A stretch of 59,480 nt of DNA, the filler included. It is 5 parts of 5 records of this genome, joined end to end, with 100 filler letters (N's around TTAATTAATTAA, not from the genome) between each part and the next. Parts side by side here need not be neighbours in the genome. Positions count along the whole stretch, not along the records: positions 11,591 to 21,181 come from SRR22947725_7699; positions 21,282 to 32,735 come from SRR22947725_7702; 3 more parts are not named here. One strand, 5' to 3'. The notes below the pieces were generated by a model. That model did not search any database. It saw only the letters and a list, made by a program, of their open reading frames with translations, and was not told the DNA's origin. A program made the position numbers and the translations under genes. This document shows, in pieces, positions 19,641-29,451 of this stretch (its first letter is position 1; each line of letters begins with the position of its first letter).

Positions 19641-20309
19641 TTAGTCTAAAGTTAAGCCCATCATATCAAATGAAATCTCTGCTAGCTCTTCAGGATGCCC
19701 AGCAAGCATATCAGCTTCTGCCATTCTAAGCTCATCTGCTTCACCGTACCCCCAAAGAGCCCCAATATTATTAATATCATTATTTTTCGCTCCAAAAATA
19801 TCCATCTGGCGGTCACCCACCATTATGCATTTTCTAGGATCAAAACCTGTTTCATCCAAGGCATATTGTAATAATGATGATATATCTGAATTTGTACCAT
19901 CCAGTTCAGATCCAAAAACATGCGTAACAGCATCTGATATGCCAAAATGCTGTACTACCTGATTAGCAAAAGCATGTGGTTTTGAAGTTGTAATAAACAA
20001 ACCAACATCAGCTGTAACTAATGTATCAAACATTTCAAAAACACCATCATAAACTTCTGCGTCAAACATTGCTTCTTCTTGGTAGAATTCACGATATAAA
20101 TTTATTGCTTCCGCTATTTCACCATGTGGTCCTAAAAAATTTGCCAAAATATGAGGTAAACTAGAGCCAATCATTCCTCGCAGCTCTTCTGTGCTTGGTT
20201 CGACACCCGCTGTTTCAGTTAAAGCATGTTGCAATGATTGAATTATTCCAGATTGGCTATCTAACAATGTACCATCTAAATCAAAGAAAACATTAAGCAT
20301 TAATCTCAA
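19641..20309 (-). CDS. HAD-family hydrolase (phosphoglycolate phosphatase/nucleotidase-like)
   Basis: FDLDGTL, TSKP, MVGDR..DI..A, WGYG. Confidence 0.88.
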   Translation of the reverse strand: MRLMLNVFFDLDGTLLDSQSGIIQSLQHALTETAGVEPSTEELRGMIGSSLPHILANFLGPHGEIAEAINLYREFYQEEAMFDAEVYDGVFEMFDTLVTADVGLFITTSKPHAFANQVVQHFGISDAVTHVFGSELDGTNSDISSLLQYALDETGFDPRKCIMVGDRQMDIFGAKNNDINNIGALWGYGEADELRMAEADMLAGHPEELAEISFDMMGLTLD

Positions 20310-20360
20310 CTCCTAATAAAAGCATTACATATAAATAATCTACTAATGCATTGAAAAATA

Positions 20361-20723
20361 TCAGTGATGTGTATCACTGGGTTGACTCTTTTTTTCTTCA
20401 AAAAACGGAGTGAGTTGATAAACAATAACAGAATTTTCATCTAAAGCCTGTTTCATCAGTTTACGTTCTTCTTCGCTTATATCATGGCCCTCTTGTAGGC
20501 GCTCATCTAAAGTACCGTAACCAGTGACATCCAAAGGTGCTAAATCAGCTTGTTTCAGAATAGCAACTGTTTCACGAACAGCTTCCGGTTCATCTACTCC
20601 AGATGCAAAACACATAATTGCACCACCAGTGGCACCTTTTGGCAATCCATCATTAGGATTGCGTCCAACTTCAACTAATAAAGTAAATACCAACTGTGGC
20701 CGTTTTATTTTTTTATCTGTCAT
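20361..20723 (-). CDS. Hypothetical protein
   Basis: 120-aa ATG ORF, co-oriented with neighbours. Confidence 0.7.
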   Translation of the reverse strand: MTDKKIKRPQLVFTLLVEVGRNPNDGLPKGATGGAIMCFASGVDEPEAVRETVAILKQADLAPLDVTGYGTLDERLQEGHDISEEERKLMKQALDENSVIVYQLTPFFEEKKSQPSDTHH

Positions 20724-20868
20724 ATGATCAATTATAAGTTACACACATTAATGAGGGTAGAGCTAACACAAAATTAGATTAACAACTATTTATTTTAGAG
20801 ACGATTAAATAAATTCTTAATTAAGGGAATGCTTTTTTGCACCCCTCAAATCAATTTTTCATAATCTC

Positions 20869-21180
20869 TCAATCACGCAATAATTCATTAATTGATGTTT
20901 TTGATCGCGTTTTTGCATCAACCTTTTTTACAATCACAGCACAATATAGATTTACACCTTTAGACGGAAGAGATCCTGCCACAACCACAGATCCAGATGG
21001 CACTTCACCATAAGTAATCTCACCACTTTCACGATCAAATATTTTAGTCGATTGACCAATAAAAACTCCCATGCCCAAGACAGAACCTTCCCGAACAATA
21101 CAGCCCTCAACTACTTCAGATCTTGCACCTATAAAGCAATTATCTTCTATTATTGTTGGGCCAGCTTGCATTGGTTCTAA
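20869..21180 (-). CDS. dapD: Tetrahydrodipicolinate N-succinyltransferase, C-terminal part
   Basis: [17 protein letters not shown] and [14 protein letters not shown]; frame open to the contig edge. Confidence 0.93.
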   Translation of the reverse strand, partial: LEPMQAGPTIIEDNCFIGARSEVVEGCIVREGSVLGMGVFIGQSTKIFDRESGEITYGEVPSGSVVVAGSLPSKGVNLYCAVIVKKVDAKTRSKTSINELLRD

Positions 21181-21181
21181 A

Positions 21182-21281
21182 NNNNNNNNNNNNNNNNNNN
21201 NNNNNNNNNNNNNNNNNNNNNNNNNTTAATTAATTAANNNNNNNNNNNNNNNNNNNNNNNNNNNNNNNNNNNNNNNNNNNN
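21182..21281. other. Artificial contig linker
   Basis: 44 N + TTAATTAATTAA + 44 N. Confidence 0.98.
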
Positions 21282-21319
21282 ATAAATATAAGTTAATAAA
21301 TTACTGGTAGGAACCTCAT

Positions 21320-22105
21320 CTAGATAACGATAAGAAGTTTTTTATTCTCAGGATTTTCTTGAACTTTTACTCGTACACCAAAAACCTGCTCTATATTTTC
21401 TGCAGTAAAAACCTCTTTTGGTAAACCAGTTTTTACTGGTTTACCGCACTCCATCATTATGACCTGATCAGAGCATTTGGCTGCTAAATTTAAATCATGC
21501 ATAACCAATAAAATACCTACACCCCTAGAAGAAAAACTACTGACTATCTCCAGTGTTAATTGCTGGTGAGCCAAGTCAAAAGAAGAAGTTGGTTCATCTA
21601 AAAGCAAAAATCGATCAGTATGATCCTTTTGTTTTGTATCTAGGTCCCATATTTGGGCCAGACTTCTAGCTAAATGTATACGTTGTTTTTCCCCGCCCGA
21701 TAACTGAGTATATTGACGATTCGCTAGATAAGTTGCATCTACAATTTTTAAAGCAGTAGCTACAATCTCATCATCTCTTATTGAACCAGTATCATGAGGA
21801 GTTCTGGCTAATAGAACAACTTCCTCAGCAGTAAAAGGGAAATCTAACGAAGAGTGCTGTGTTAGAACCGATAAAGATTTTGCTCTATCAATAGGATCCC
21901 AATTATTAATATCTTTCCCATTAAATATTATAGAGCCAGATGTCGGTGAAATATCATTCGATAAGCAACGAAGTAGGGACGTTTTACCTGCTCCATTCGG
22001 GCCAACTATTGTTGTAATTTTTCCTGGCAAAATAGAAACATTAACGTCTCGCAACAAAAAGACCCCAGAACAATTAAGTGATAATTTTTCGGCTACAAGG
22101 GACAT
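21320..22105 (-). CDS. ABC ATPase, HmuV/BtuD-like
   Basis: GPNGAGKT, LSGGEKQRIHLARSLAQIW, LLLDEPTS..DLAHQ; start set at MSLVAE. Confidence 0.88.
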   Translation of the reverse strand: MSLVAEKLSLNCSGVFLLRDVNVSILPGKITTIVGPNGAGKTSLLRCLSNDISPTSGSIIFNGKDINNWDPIDRAKSLSVLTQHSSLDFPFTAEEVVLLARTPHDTGSIRDDEIVATALKIVDATYLANRQYTQLSGGEKQRIHLARSLAQIWDLDTKQKDHTDRFLLLDEPTSSFDLAHQQLTLEIVSSFSSRGVGILLVMHDLNLAAKCSDQVIMMECGKPVKTGLPKEVFTAENIEQVFGVRVKVQENPENKKLLIVI

Positions 22106-22110
22106 AAGTA

Positions 22111-23175
22111 TTATCTCTGGATGCGGTGATGATTTTTGGTGAGCAACCAAAAGAAAAATGGTACGCCCAGGAGTGCTGTTAAAATACCAGTAGGTAGTTC
22201 AGCTGGGGCAACTATAATGCGCGCGAAACTATCAGCTACGATTAAAAGAATTGCGCCAAGTGCAGCTGAGCTAGGTATTAAATATCTATGGTCAGGACCG
22301 ATGACTAGGCGAACCATATGAGGAACAACCAAACCCACAAAGGAAATCATACCTGCTACGGCAACTGATGTGCCAACTCCTATTGCTGTCAATAAAATAA
22401 TTCGCTGCTTCACTCTCTCTGTATCTATACCTAGGTGCCGTGCTTCTGATTCACCTAGTAAGAATGCATTAAGAGCTTGGCTTTGATTGGGAAGCGTTAT
22501 TAACAATATGCTAGCAGCGATTCCAGCGATTCCAACACGAAACCAATTAGCTGCGTCCAAGCTACCCATTTGCCATAAACTCATACGCCGCAACATCTCA
22601 TTATCTGCAATAAAGCTAAATATCCCGTTTAAGGCCCCAGCTAAAGCGCTAATTGCAATGCCAACAAGTAGCATAGTCGGAACAGAAGTTCCAGTGGAAG
22701 AAGTCGATAATCGGTAAACTAATAAGACGGCCAAAGCGCCACCTGAAGATGCGCCAAAAGCGACTAATGTAAGCCCAAAAAAACTACTGCTATGAAGCCA
22801 AGTACTACAAAATATAATCACAAAACTAGCACCTGCGGATGCACCGCTGGAAACACCAATTAATGAGGGATCTGCTAAAGGGTTTCTAAACAATCCCTGC
22901 ATCACTGCTCCGCAACATGCTAAACAAGCACCCACTAAAGCGGCCAAGACTACTCGTGGAAATCGAATTGCGGAAAGAATGACCTCTTCATGGGAAACGC
23001 TCGCTTGATTCGATATATTGCTACCGAAATCTGTGATACTGAGCATGCTTACCAATGAATCTATAAACTTAGCAGGAGAGATAAAAACAGGGCCGACTAA
23101 AGCAGCTAAGATCATCATCGGTATCAATGAAAAAAAGAGGATCAACGTAAATTTACGTGATCTGGCGCCTCTCAA
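22111..23175 (-). CDS. FecCD/BtuC/HmuU family ABC permease
   Basis: RFPRV, QGLFRNPLADP, LGESEARHLG, FVGLVVPH, ELPTG motifs. Confidence 0.9.
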   Translation of the reverse strand: MRGARSRKFTLILFFSLIPMMILAALVGPVFISPAKFIDSLVSMLSITDFGSNISNQASVSHEEVILSAIRFPRVVLAALVGACLACCGAVMQGLFRNPLADPSLIGVSSGASAGASFVIIFCSTWLHSSSFFGLTLVAFGASSGGALAVLLVYRLSTSSTGTSVPTMLLVGIAISALAGALNGIFSFIADNEMLRRMSLWQMGSLDAANWFRVGIAGIAASILLITLPNQSQALNAFLLGESEARHLGIDTERVKQRIILLTAIGVGTSVAVAGMISFVGLVVPHMVRLVIGPDHRYLIPSSAALGAILLIVADSFARIIVAPAELPTGILTALLGVPFFFWLLTKNHHRIQR

Positions 23176-23190
23176 AGAGATTTCTCCATT

Positions 23191-23799
23191 CTAGTAATCT
23201 ACGCCTTTACGCGCTTTAATATTCGACTGGTAGGCATGTTTGATATCTTTTATTTCTGAAACGGTATCAGCTATATCCTTTAAAGAGTTTCCACCACCTC
23301 TACCGGTTACTACAACGCTTTGACTGGGCGGTCGATTCGATAAAGCTTTGGTTACCATAGACTCGTCAAGGTATTTGTAACTGAGCATATAGGTTAGCTC
23401 GTCTATAATAACTAGATGGTAACTTGGATCAGACAGCATCGGCTCTACTACCTTCCAGGTGGTTTGTGCTGCAGCAATATCTGCATCACGATCTTGAGTA
23501 TCCCAAGTAAACCCGGTACCCATTTGATAAAAATCCACTTGGGGGCAATGATCTCTAAGATATAATTCTTCGCCTGATAACTGTTCACCTTTTATGAACT
23601 GAACCACGCCAACCTTGTATCCATAACCAAGTGAGCGAACAACCATACCGAAAGCAGAACTACTTTTACCTTTCCCGTCTCCTGTAAGGAGAATCATAAC
23701 ACCTTTTTCTTGATCGCATGCTTCGATATGCTGATCCACCTTTTCTTTTAATTTTTGCATTTTGCGCTTTTGACGCTCAGCTTGGTTTTCATCAGCCAT
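23191..23799 (-). CDS. cobO: Cob(I)alamin adenosyltransferase (CobO/BtuR/CobA type)
   Basis: TGDGKGKSSSAFG, VQFIKG, GTGFTW, DEL, VTGR, KH..ARKGVDY. Confidence 0.93.
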   Translation of the reverse strand: MADENQAERQKRKMQKLKEKVDQHIEACDQEKGVMILLTGDGKGKSSSAFGMVVRSLGYGYKVGVVQFIKGEQLSGEELYLRDHCPQVDFYQMGTGFTWDTQDRDADIAAAQTTWKVVEPMLSDPSYHLVIIDELTYMLSYKYLDESMVTKALSNRPPSQSVVVTGRGGGNSLKDIADTVSEIKDIKHAYQSNIKARKGVDY

Positions 23800-23830
23800 T
23801 GTATTCCCCCCCAAGTATCTAAACGATCAA

Positions 23831-25708
23831 TTATAGCGCATAAGTAAGCTTTAATACCCAGTTAGAGCCATCCGTATGATAGTTTTCACTAGTCGTGTAA
23901 TGCTTATCAAACACATTATTAGCCTTCAACTGCATCTTAACCTTTTCGGCGAGTTGGTAACTAAAACGAAAATCTAACAGACCATAGCCTCCTAAACTCC
24001 CGGTATTAGTTGTATTAGTATAGCGCTTACTAGTTGCATTGAAAGATGTTCCGGCATCCCAGCGAGAAAAGCTACGATCAATATCGAAAGTAAATTTCTT
24101 TTGGGCGCGTTTTTGAAGAAGCTTATCTGTTGTTTGATTGCGTGGATCTGTATAAGAAAAACTGGTAGTAATATCCCATCCAGCAAGACTGGTATCTGCC
24201 TTAAACTCACCACCTTTAATTTTAGCGCTATCGACATTAGAGGGAATCCATTGATATGGATATGCCTCTGTAGGATTAGGGGCCCATTCAATAAGATTAT
24301 CAATACGATTCTGATAAATGGAAGCTTCCCATTTCCATACAGTATAATCTCCCCTGAATCCTAACTCAAAATTCTCGGAATCCTCTGGAAGAAGGTCTGG
24401 ATTACCAGCACCATACTCCCCTATGGGCCAGTATAGATCATTATAGGTTGGTGCTTTAAAGGCTTCTCCCCAACTAAAAATAACTCGGTGACTTTTGCCT
24501 AGCTGTGCTCCTAATGAGATATTACTTGTGTTTTGTTTTCCATTCTCTTCGTTATCATCCTCGCGGTATCCTAAAACATAGTCAAAAATAGAAAAATTTC
24601 CCTGATATTGAATGAAATATGCACGGTTCATTCTATCTCGAGCAGGGACTCCTTGAGTATCAGTATAATCTGTACTAGCAACTAACTCGTCGTCATATAA
24701 ATCTACGCCAAACGTTATTATCTGTTCATTAAATATTTCAATATCATTTTGCCAGGAATACTGATCTTTAGTAGTGCGAAAATCTGATATATGAGACCCG
24801 TCTATACCGTTGGTATCATCGATATCGTCCATGGATCGGCCCATAGAAATTTTAGAAAGCCACCAATCTCTTAAGGGTGCACTGACACTAAATCCTATAT
24901 TTTGTATTATGCTATCTGAAAAGCTATCCCTATCCGGATATGATGATCCATCTAAATAAATACGGGAGTGAGATTCTAAAAAGCTGAGTCCAACATCAAC
25001 ACCGTTATCAAATGTATACCCAAAATTAGTGTTAATCGAAAAGTTTTTGTAACCATCGCTATCTCGATTCTGTTGTGAATCATCTTTTAATACATCAATT
25101 CCGTCTGTTTCCAAGTATGATAGATCAATCGAATAACGTAACTGATTGTATGCTCCACGTGTTGCTACGGCTGTTCTTTTCAGGACATTAGATCCCACCT
25201 CAGTGGAAACAATTGTTGAAGGTTTAAAATCACCTTTTTTGGTAAATATTTGAATTACCCCACCTACTGCATCACTGCCGTAAATACTTGATTTAGCGCC
25301 ACGTACAATCTCTATACGTTCTATCTGACTGGGATCTATAAACTGGTAAGAAGTACTGCCCAGGCTCGCAGAATTAATTCGTTGACCGTCTACTAAAAAT
25401 AATGCATGACTTGTATTTGAGCCACGTATAAACAAAGCAGGAGTGGTTCCTGTCCCTCCATTTCTCGCGATGTCAATACCAGGAACGTGATGAAATAAAT
25501 CAAGCAAATCTGTAGGTTGATATCTTTCAATATCTTCAGTGCTTATGACTGTCGTTGATGCAAGCACTTGATTTATTGTTTGTGGCGTACGTGTAGCAGT
25601 AACTACGACTTCTGCGATACTTTCTTTTATAGTTTTTGTATCAGCAGAAAGTGAAAGTGAAAGTGAAAGTGAAAAGCAGAAAATAAAGCTATGAATAAAA
25701 AATTTCAT
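23831..25708 (-). CDS. btuB: TonB-dependent vitamin B12 receptor
   Basis: VVVTATR TonB box, IERIEIVRGAKSSIYGSDAVGGVI plug, FKAPT..DLY, NPDL.PE; downstream of a cobalamin riboswitch; start MKFFIH with AGGA RBS. Confidence 0.88.
   Translation of the reverse strand: MKFFIHSFIFCFSLSLSLSLSADTKTIKESIAEVVVTATRTPQTINQVLASTTVISTEDIERYQPTDLLDLFHHVPGIDIARNGGTGTTPALFIRGSNTSHALFLVDGQRINSASLGSTSYQFIDPSQIERIEIVRGAKSSIYGSDAVGGVIQIFTKKGDFKPSTIVSTEVGSNVLKRTAVATRGAYNQLRYSIDLSYLETDGIDVLKDDSQQNRDSDGYKNFSINTNFGYTFDNGVDVGLSFLESHSRIYLDGSSYPDRDSFSDSIIQNIGFSVSAPLRDWWLSKISMGRSMDDIDDTNGIDGSHISDFRTTKDQYSWQNDIEIFNEQIITFGVDLYDDELVASTDYTDTQGVPARDRMNRAYFIQYQGNFSIFDYVLGYREDDNEENGKQNTSNISLGAQLGKSHRVIFSWGEAFKAPTYNDLYWPIGEYGAGNPDLLPEDSENFELGFRGDYTVWKWEASIYQNRIDNLIEWAPNPTEAYPYQWIPSNVDSAKIKGGEFKADTSLAGWDITTSFSYTDPRNQTTDKLLQKRAQKKFTFDIDRSFSRWDAGTSFNATSKRYTNTTNTGSLGGYGLLDFRFSYQLAEKVKMQLKANNVFDKHYTTSENYHTDGSNWVLKLTYAL
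25647..25674. repeat. (GAAAGT)4-GAAA hexanucleotide repeat encoding Ser-Leu repeats in the BtuB signal peptide
   Basis: Read directly; protein FSLSLSLSLSA. Confidence 0.85.
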
Positions 25709-25856
25709 TGAATAAATCCTATTTGTTCGACCCCGAACAATATTGAACCAGAAAATATCCACGAGAAAAGGTGTGTGAAGAAATGAAAATAGAATCTAGA
25801 TATTCAAGATGCCACTACAAAATTCACGCCACCACGCCCCGTGGTTCGTTTGTATA

Positions 25857-26080
25857 GCTATAGGCCGGTCTCCGGACTTATGAGTAGTTTCCTAGCTAAA
25901 TTACCTTCCCATACTAATGTACAGTGGTTGTTTAATTTAACTTCGATTCATTAATAAAAATGATCGTCTCATTTACCGTTGCGGGGGCAGTATCAGAATT
26001 AAAGTCGCTCATATCGAGCTTCAATGCACTGATTTCCCGTTTCACCCAAGATACTGATATGTAAATTAGGCACCTATTGC
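25857..26080 (-). ncRNA. Cobalamin (AdoCbl-type) riboswitch
   Basis: Minus strand AGGTG..AAACGGGAA..CTGCCCCCGCAACGGT..CCACTG..TGGGAAGG..AAGTCCGGAGACCGGCC; P1 GCAATAGG/CCTATAGC. Confidence 0.93.
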
Positions 26081-26137
26081 GTTAACAATCATTTGCAAAG
26101 TAACGTCTTCTAAGCTCAATGTCAACGAAGGATTTTG

Positions 26138-27508
26138 TTAATCTAAAGCCTCGATGGCATCTGTTAATTTTCGCACAGTGATAACTTCCATTCCTTGCAA
26201 TGGTTGTTTCGGTGCATTGCCAAAAGGTACAACGGCTCTTTTAAATCCATGTTTTAATGCCTCTTTTAGCCGTTCTTGGCCATTAGGCACTGGACGAATC
26301 TCCCCAGATAAACCTACTTCACCAAATACGACAAGGTCTCGAGGAAGTGCTCGATCTCGAAAACTCGATATGACAGCTAAAATTAATGCAAGATCAGCGC
26401 TGGTTTCAGAAATTTTCACTCCACCTACAATATTTACAAAAACGTCTTGATCTCCAACCATTACCCCGCCATGTCTGTGCAACACAGCGAGAAGCATTGC
26501 TAAACGATTGTGCTCTAATCCCACAGTAATACGTCTCGGATTTCCTAGGTGGCTTGGATCGACTAAAGCCTGAAGTTCAACTAATAAAGGTCTACTTCCT
26601 TCCCAAATAACAATCACTAGGCTGCCTGAAGCTACCTGATCATCTCTCTGTAAAAAAATTGCTGAAGGATTGGATATTTCTTTTAAGCCTATATTTGTCA
26701 TGGCAAATACACCTAATTCATTAATAGCCCCAAAACGATTTTTATTACAACGGAGAGTCCTAAAATGACTGTTATTAGTCGCCTCTAACATCATAGAACA
26801 ATCGATCATATGCTCTAAAACTTTTGGTCCAGCAAGAGAGCCATCTTTTGTTACATGTCCAACAAGCAGCAAAATAGTATTTGTCTCTTTAGCATAACGA
26901 ATCAGCATGGCTGCACTTTCTCTAACCTGAGAAACACTTCCAGGAGCAGAAGAAACATCATTTAAATGCATCACCTGTATAGAATCTACTACAAGGATTT
27001 TTGGACCATAATCCATGGCTGTAGAGCAGATTAGTTCTACAGAAGTTTCTGCCATAATCTTTAACTGATCTGTTGGTAGGCGAAGTCTATCTGCTCTCAT
27101 TGCTATCTGTTGAGGAGACTCCTCACCTGTAACATACAACGATTTATGTATCGTGGCTAATTTGCACAGATGCTGAAGTAGGAGTGTACTTTTCCCAGCT
27201 CCAGGTTCCCCTCCCACTAAAATGCAAGAACCTGGAACTAATCCGCCGCCTAAAACTAAATCAAGCTCAGCCGTACCTGATGCTATTCTAGGAATTTCAT
27301 TGATATCAATATCTGATAAAGTGCTTATTGCGCCATTTGTAGCGCCGGCAAAACCAGTATATCTCTGAGAAGAAGATTTTTTTAAGCCAGATAGTCTAAT
27401 TTCTGTAAGAGTGTTCCATGCTGAACACTCACTACATTGACCTTGCCATTTGGTAAAATCAGCGCCGCAATCATTACATACAAAAGTTGATATTTTTTGT
27501 TTTGCCAA
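26138..27508 (-). CDS. radA: DNA repair protein RadA/Sms
   Basis: C4 Zn finger, GEPGAGKST, KNRFG, Lon-like C-terminus. Confidence 0.97.
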   Translation of the reverse strand: MAKQKISTFVCNDCGADFTKWQGQCSECSAWNTLTEIRLSGLKKSSSQRYTGFAGATNGAISTLSDIDINEIPRIASGTAELDLVLGGGLVPGSCILVGGEPGAGKSTLLLQHLCKLATIHKSLYVTGEESPQQIAMRADRLRLPTDQLKIMAETSVELICSTAMDYGPKILVVDSIQVMHLNDVSSAPGSVSQVRESAAMLIRYAKETNTILLLVGHVTKDGSLAGPKVLEHMIDCSMMLEATNNSHFRTLRCNKNRFGAINELGVFAMTNIGLKEISNPSAIFLQRDDQVASGSLVIVIWEGSRPLLVELQALVDPSHLGNPRRITVGLEHNRLAMLLAVLHRHGGVMVGDQDVFVNIVGGVKISETSADLALILAVISSFRDRALPRDLVVFGEVGLSGEIRPVPNGQERLKEALKHGFKRAVVPFGNAPKQPLQGMEVITVRKLTDAIEALD

Positions 27509-27718
27509 TTGTACTGCCTCCCATGCTCAAATTATATTTTAGCATGGGAATCTAAAGAAAACTTAAATCAAAAAATAACCTTTCTTTCATTTTCACATAT
27601 TAAAATATTAATTAGTTATACTATGATTTTTTTAGAATTAAGCTAAAAATTTATATTAATATACTACCTCTGGTTGTTTAAATGAACTTACATCAAAATT
27701 TCTGATAAAGTACTTAAT

Positions 27719-28825
27719 ATGTCATTAATTCCAGAAAAAATGCTGTCGATTTCCCCTTCACTTGCGGCCACTATTGGTTTGGAAGAGGCTGTACTATTGC
27801 ATGCCCTAAATGAACTATCAGAACATAACAGACAAGAACTTATTGATAACTATAATTGGGTTTCTGTGAGCCTAAAACAAATTACTAATGCTGTTCCTTT
27901 CTGGGATGTTGTTGTGCTTCAGCGAATTACTTTTAGTTTGCGTGATAAAGGAATTCTATTAATTTCTACTTCACCAATAACAGAAAGTGGAGAACTGCGT
28001 TTCGCTTTTAATGAAACTGGATTGTCTAAACAATCAGTTACTGAAAAAAAGGCTCCTAGTCTAAGGGCAAAAGCAAAAACTATACCAAGCTCATGGTCAC
28101 CAGATAGTGAAGTTCTTCGCCAGTTACAGCAATACAACATACCGTCTAAATTTATAAATGACCAAATTCCAGAATTTGTTATTTATTGGTCGGAAAGAAA
28201 TGATCCTAAATTTAGCTGGGGCTCAAAATTTATCAAGCATGTGATTCGTTTATGGCGTAAATTTCAGACAGAAAACACAAAAATTGGTCTTAAGGTACTA
28301 ATGGAGCCTGAATGGCGACCCTCAATTGACGCCATGGATATTTTAGTAAGGCAAGCAGGAATTAACAACAATTTTATTGAAGATGCGATACCAGAATTTG
28401 TTCTTTACTGGCTAGAGCGAGGTGATAAGTCTGATACTTGGAACAGCCGGTTTGTAACACACATTAAGAGACAGTGGTCAAAATTTACCATTACAATGGA
28501 ACAAGACTCAGCCCCAAGATTACTCGATCAAAGTTGGAAGCCAAGTGAAGAGCTTTATGAAATCTTAGTTCTTGCCAATATTCCCAGAGATTTTGCCCAT
28601 AAACTATCACCTGAGTTTATCTTATACTGGAGAGAGAGCGGACAAGCACATAATTCATGGAATACGAAGTTTCTACAACACATAAAACGAGAATGGTCTC
28701 GTCAGAAATCAATCTCCTCAAAGGTAAGGAATTATGAAGAAAAACAACGACCTAATAGAGCAAATAGTACAAGAGGTAGCAACCTCGTCGATGAGCTCAG
28801 AGATAGAAGCTGGGCAGGCAAATAA
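27719..28825 (+). CDS. DopC-like (lambda O-derived) protein: N-terminal wHTH plus three DnaT-like ssDNA-binding repeats
   Basis: Three copies of WxP..L...I...F.....PEFxxYWxE....WxxxFxxH; C-terminal DRSWA. Confidence 0.72.
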   Translation: MSLIPEKMLSISPSLAATIGLEEAVLLHALNELSEHNRQELIDNYNWVSVSLKQITNAVPFWDVVVLQRITFSLRDKGILLISTSPITESGELRFAFNETGLSKQSVTEKKAPSLRAKAKTIPSSWSPDSEVLRQLQQYNIPSKFINDQIPEFVIYWSERNDPKFSWGSKFIKHVIRLWRKFQTENTKIGLKVLMEPEWRPSIDAMDILVRQAGINNNFIEDAIPEFVLYWLERGDKSDTWNSRFVTHIKRQWSKFTITMEQDSAPRLLDQSWKPSEELYEILVLANIPRDFAHKLSPEFILYWRESGQAHNSWNTKFLQHIKREWSRQKSISSKVRNYEEKQRPNRANSTRGSNLVDELRDRSWAGK

Positions 28826-29396
28826 TTACTCGCCAGAGTTGATAGATGCCATAAATAAAGTCTTTGCTCTATTCAGAGTAAACTATCATAATCAATTTTA
28901 TAGTGCTTACACCGACACAGACCTTTTAAATCAAGCTAAACGTTTATGGCTAGATACGCTTTGTTATTTTTCAGAGAAACAAATACTACAGGGGGCAAAA
29001 AAAATAATAAGCACATCAGAGTATTTACCTACGCTTAATCGAATGCTCGAATGTTGCGAAATGTCTGACGGAAATAGTGAGCTACCAAGCTCAGAAAAAG
29101 CATATAAGGAAGCATGCACTGCCGGCTCACCTAAATCTAGTGTTAAGTGGTCGCACATAGCAGTATATTATGCAGGCGAAGAAACTGGGTGGTATAAACT
29201 TCGAAACGATGCCACATCGGTGAGTTATCCGATATTCTTAGAGAATTATCGACGAATATGCTCAGAAATATCTCAAGGCAAGAAAATGCCCTCATTGGTT
29301 CCAGCTACAAAAAAAGATAAAATAGAATCAAAATTAAGCAATGAACAACTGATAATAAAACTAAAAATGCTAAAAAAAGAATTAGGTTTTGATTGA
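28734..29396 (+). CDS. DopE-like (lambda replication protein P-like) putative helicase loader (start may be 28791)
   Basis: INKVF, AKRLW, YLPT....C, LP....AYKEAC..WSHIAVYYAG..TGW pattern of the lambda P family; follows the O-like gene. Confidence 0.75.
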   Translation: MKKNNDLIEQIVQEVATSSMSSEIEAGQANNYSPELIDAINKVFALFRVNYHNQFYSAYTDTDLLNQAKRLWLDTLCYFSEKQILQGAKKIISTSEYLPTLNRMLECCEMSDGNSELPSSEKAYKEACTAGSPKSSVKWSHIAVYYAGEETGWYKLRNDATSVSYPIFLENYRRICSEISQGKKMPSLVPATKKDKIESKLSNEQLIIKLKMLKKELGFD

Positions 29397-29451
29397 AGTC
29401 ACAGTATTAATTAACTATTGACGATATATATGATCATTCATTTAAACTAAA

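Noticed and set aside
27719-29396. Prophage remnant
   Set aside because: No integrase, structural genes or att sites; both ORFs intact between core genes
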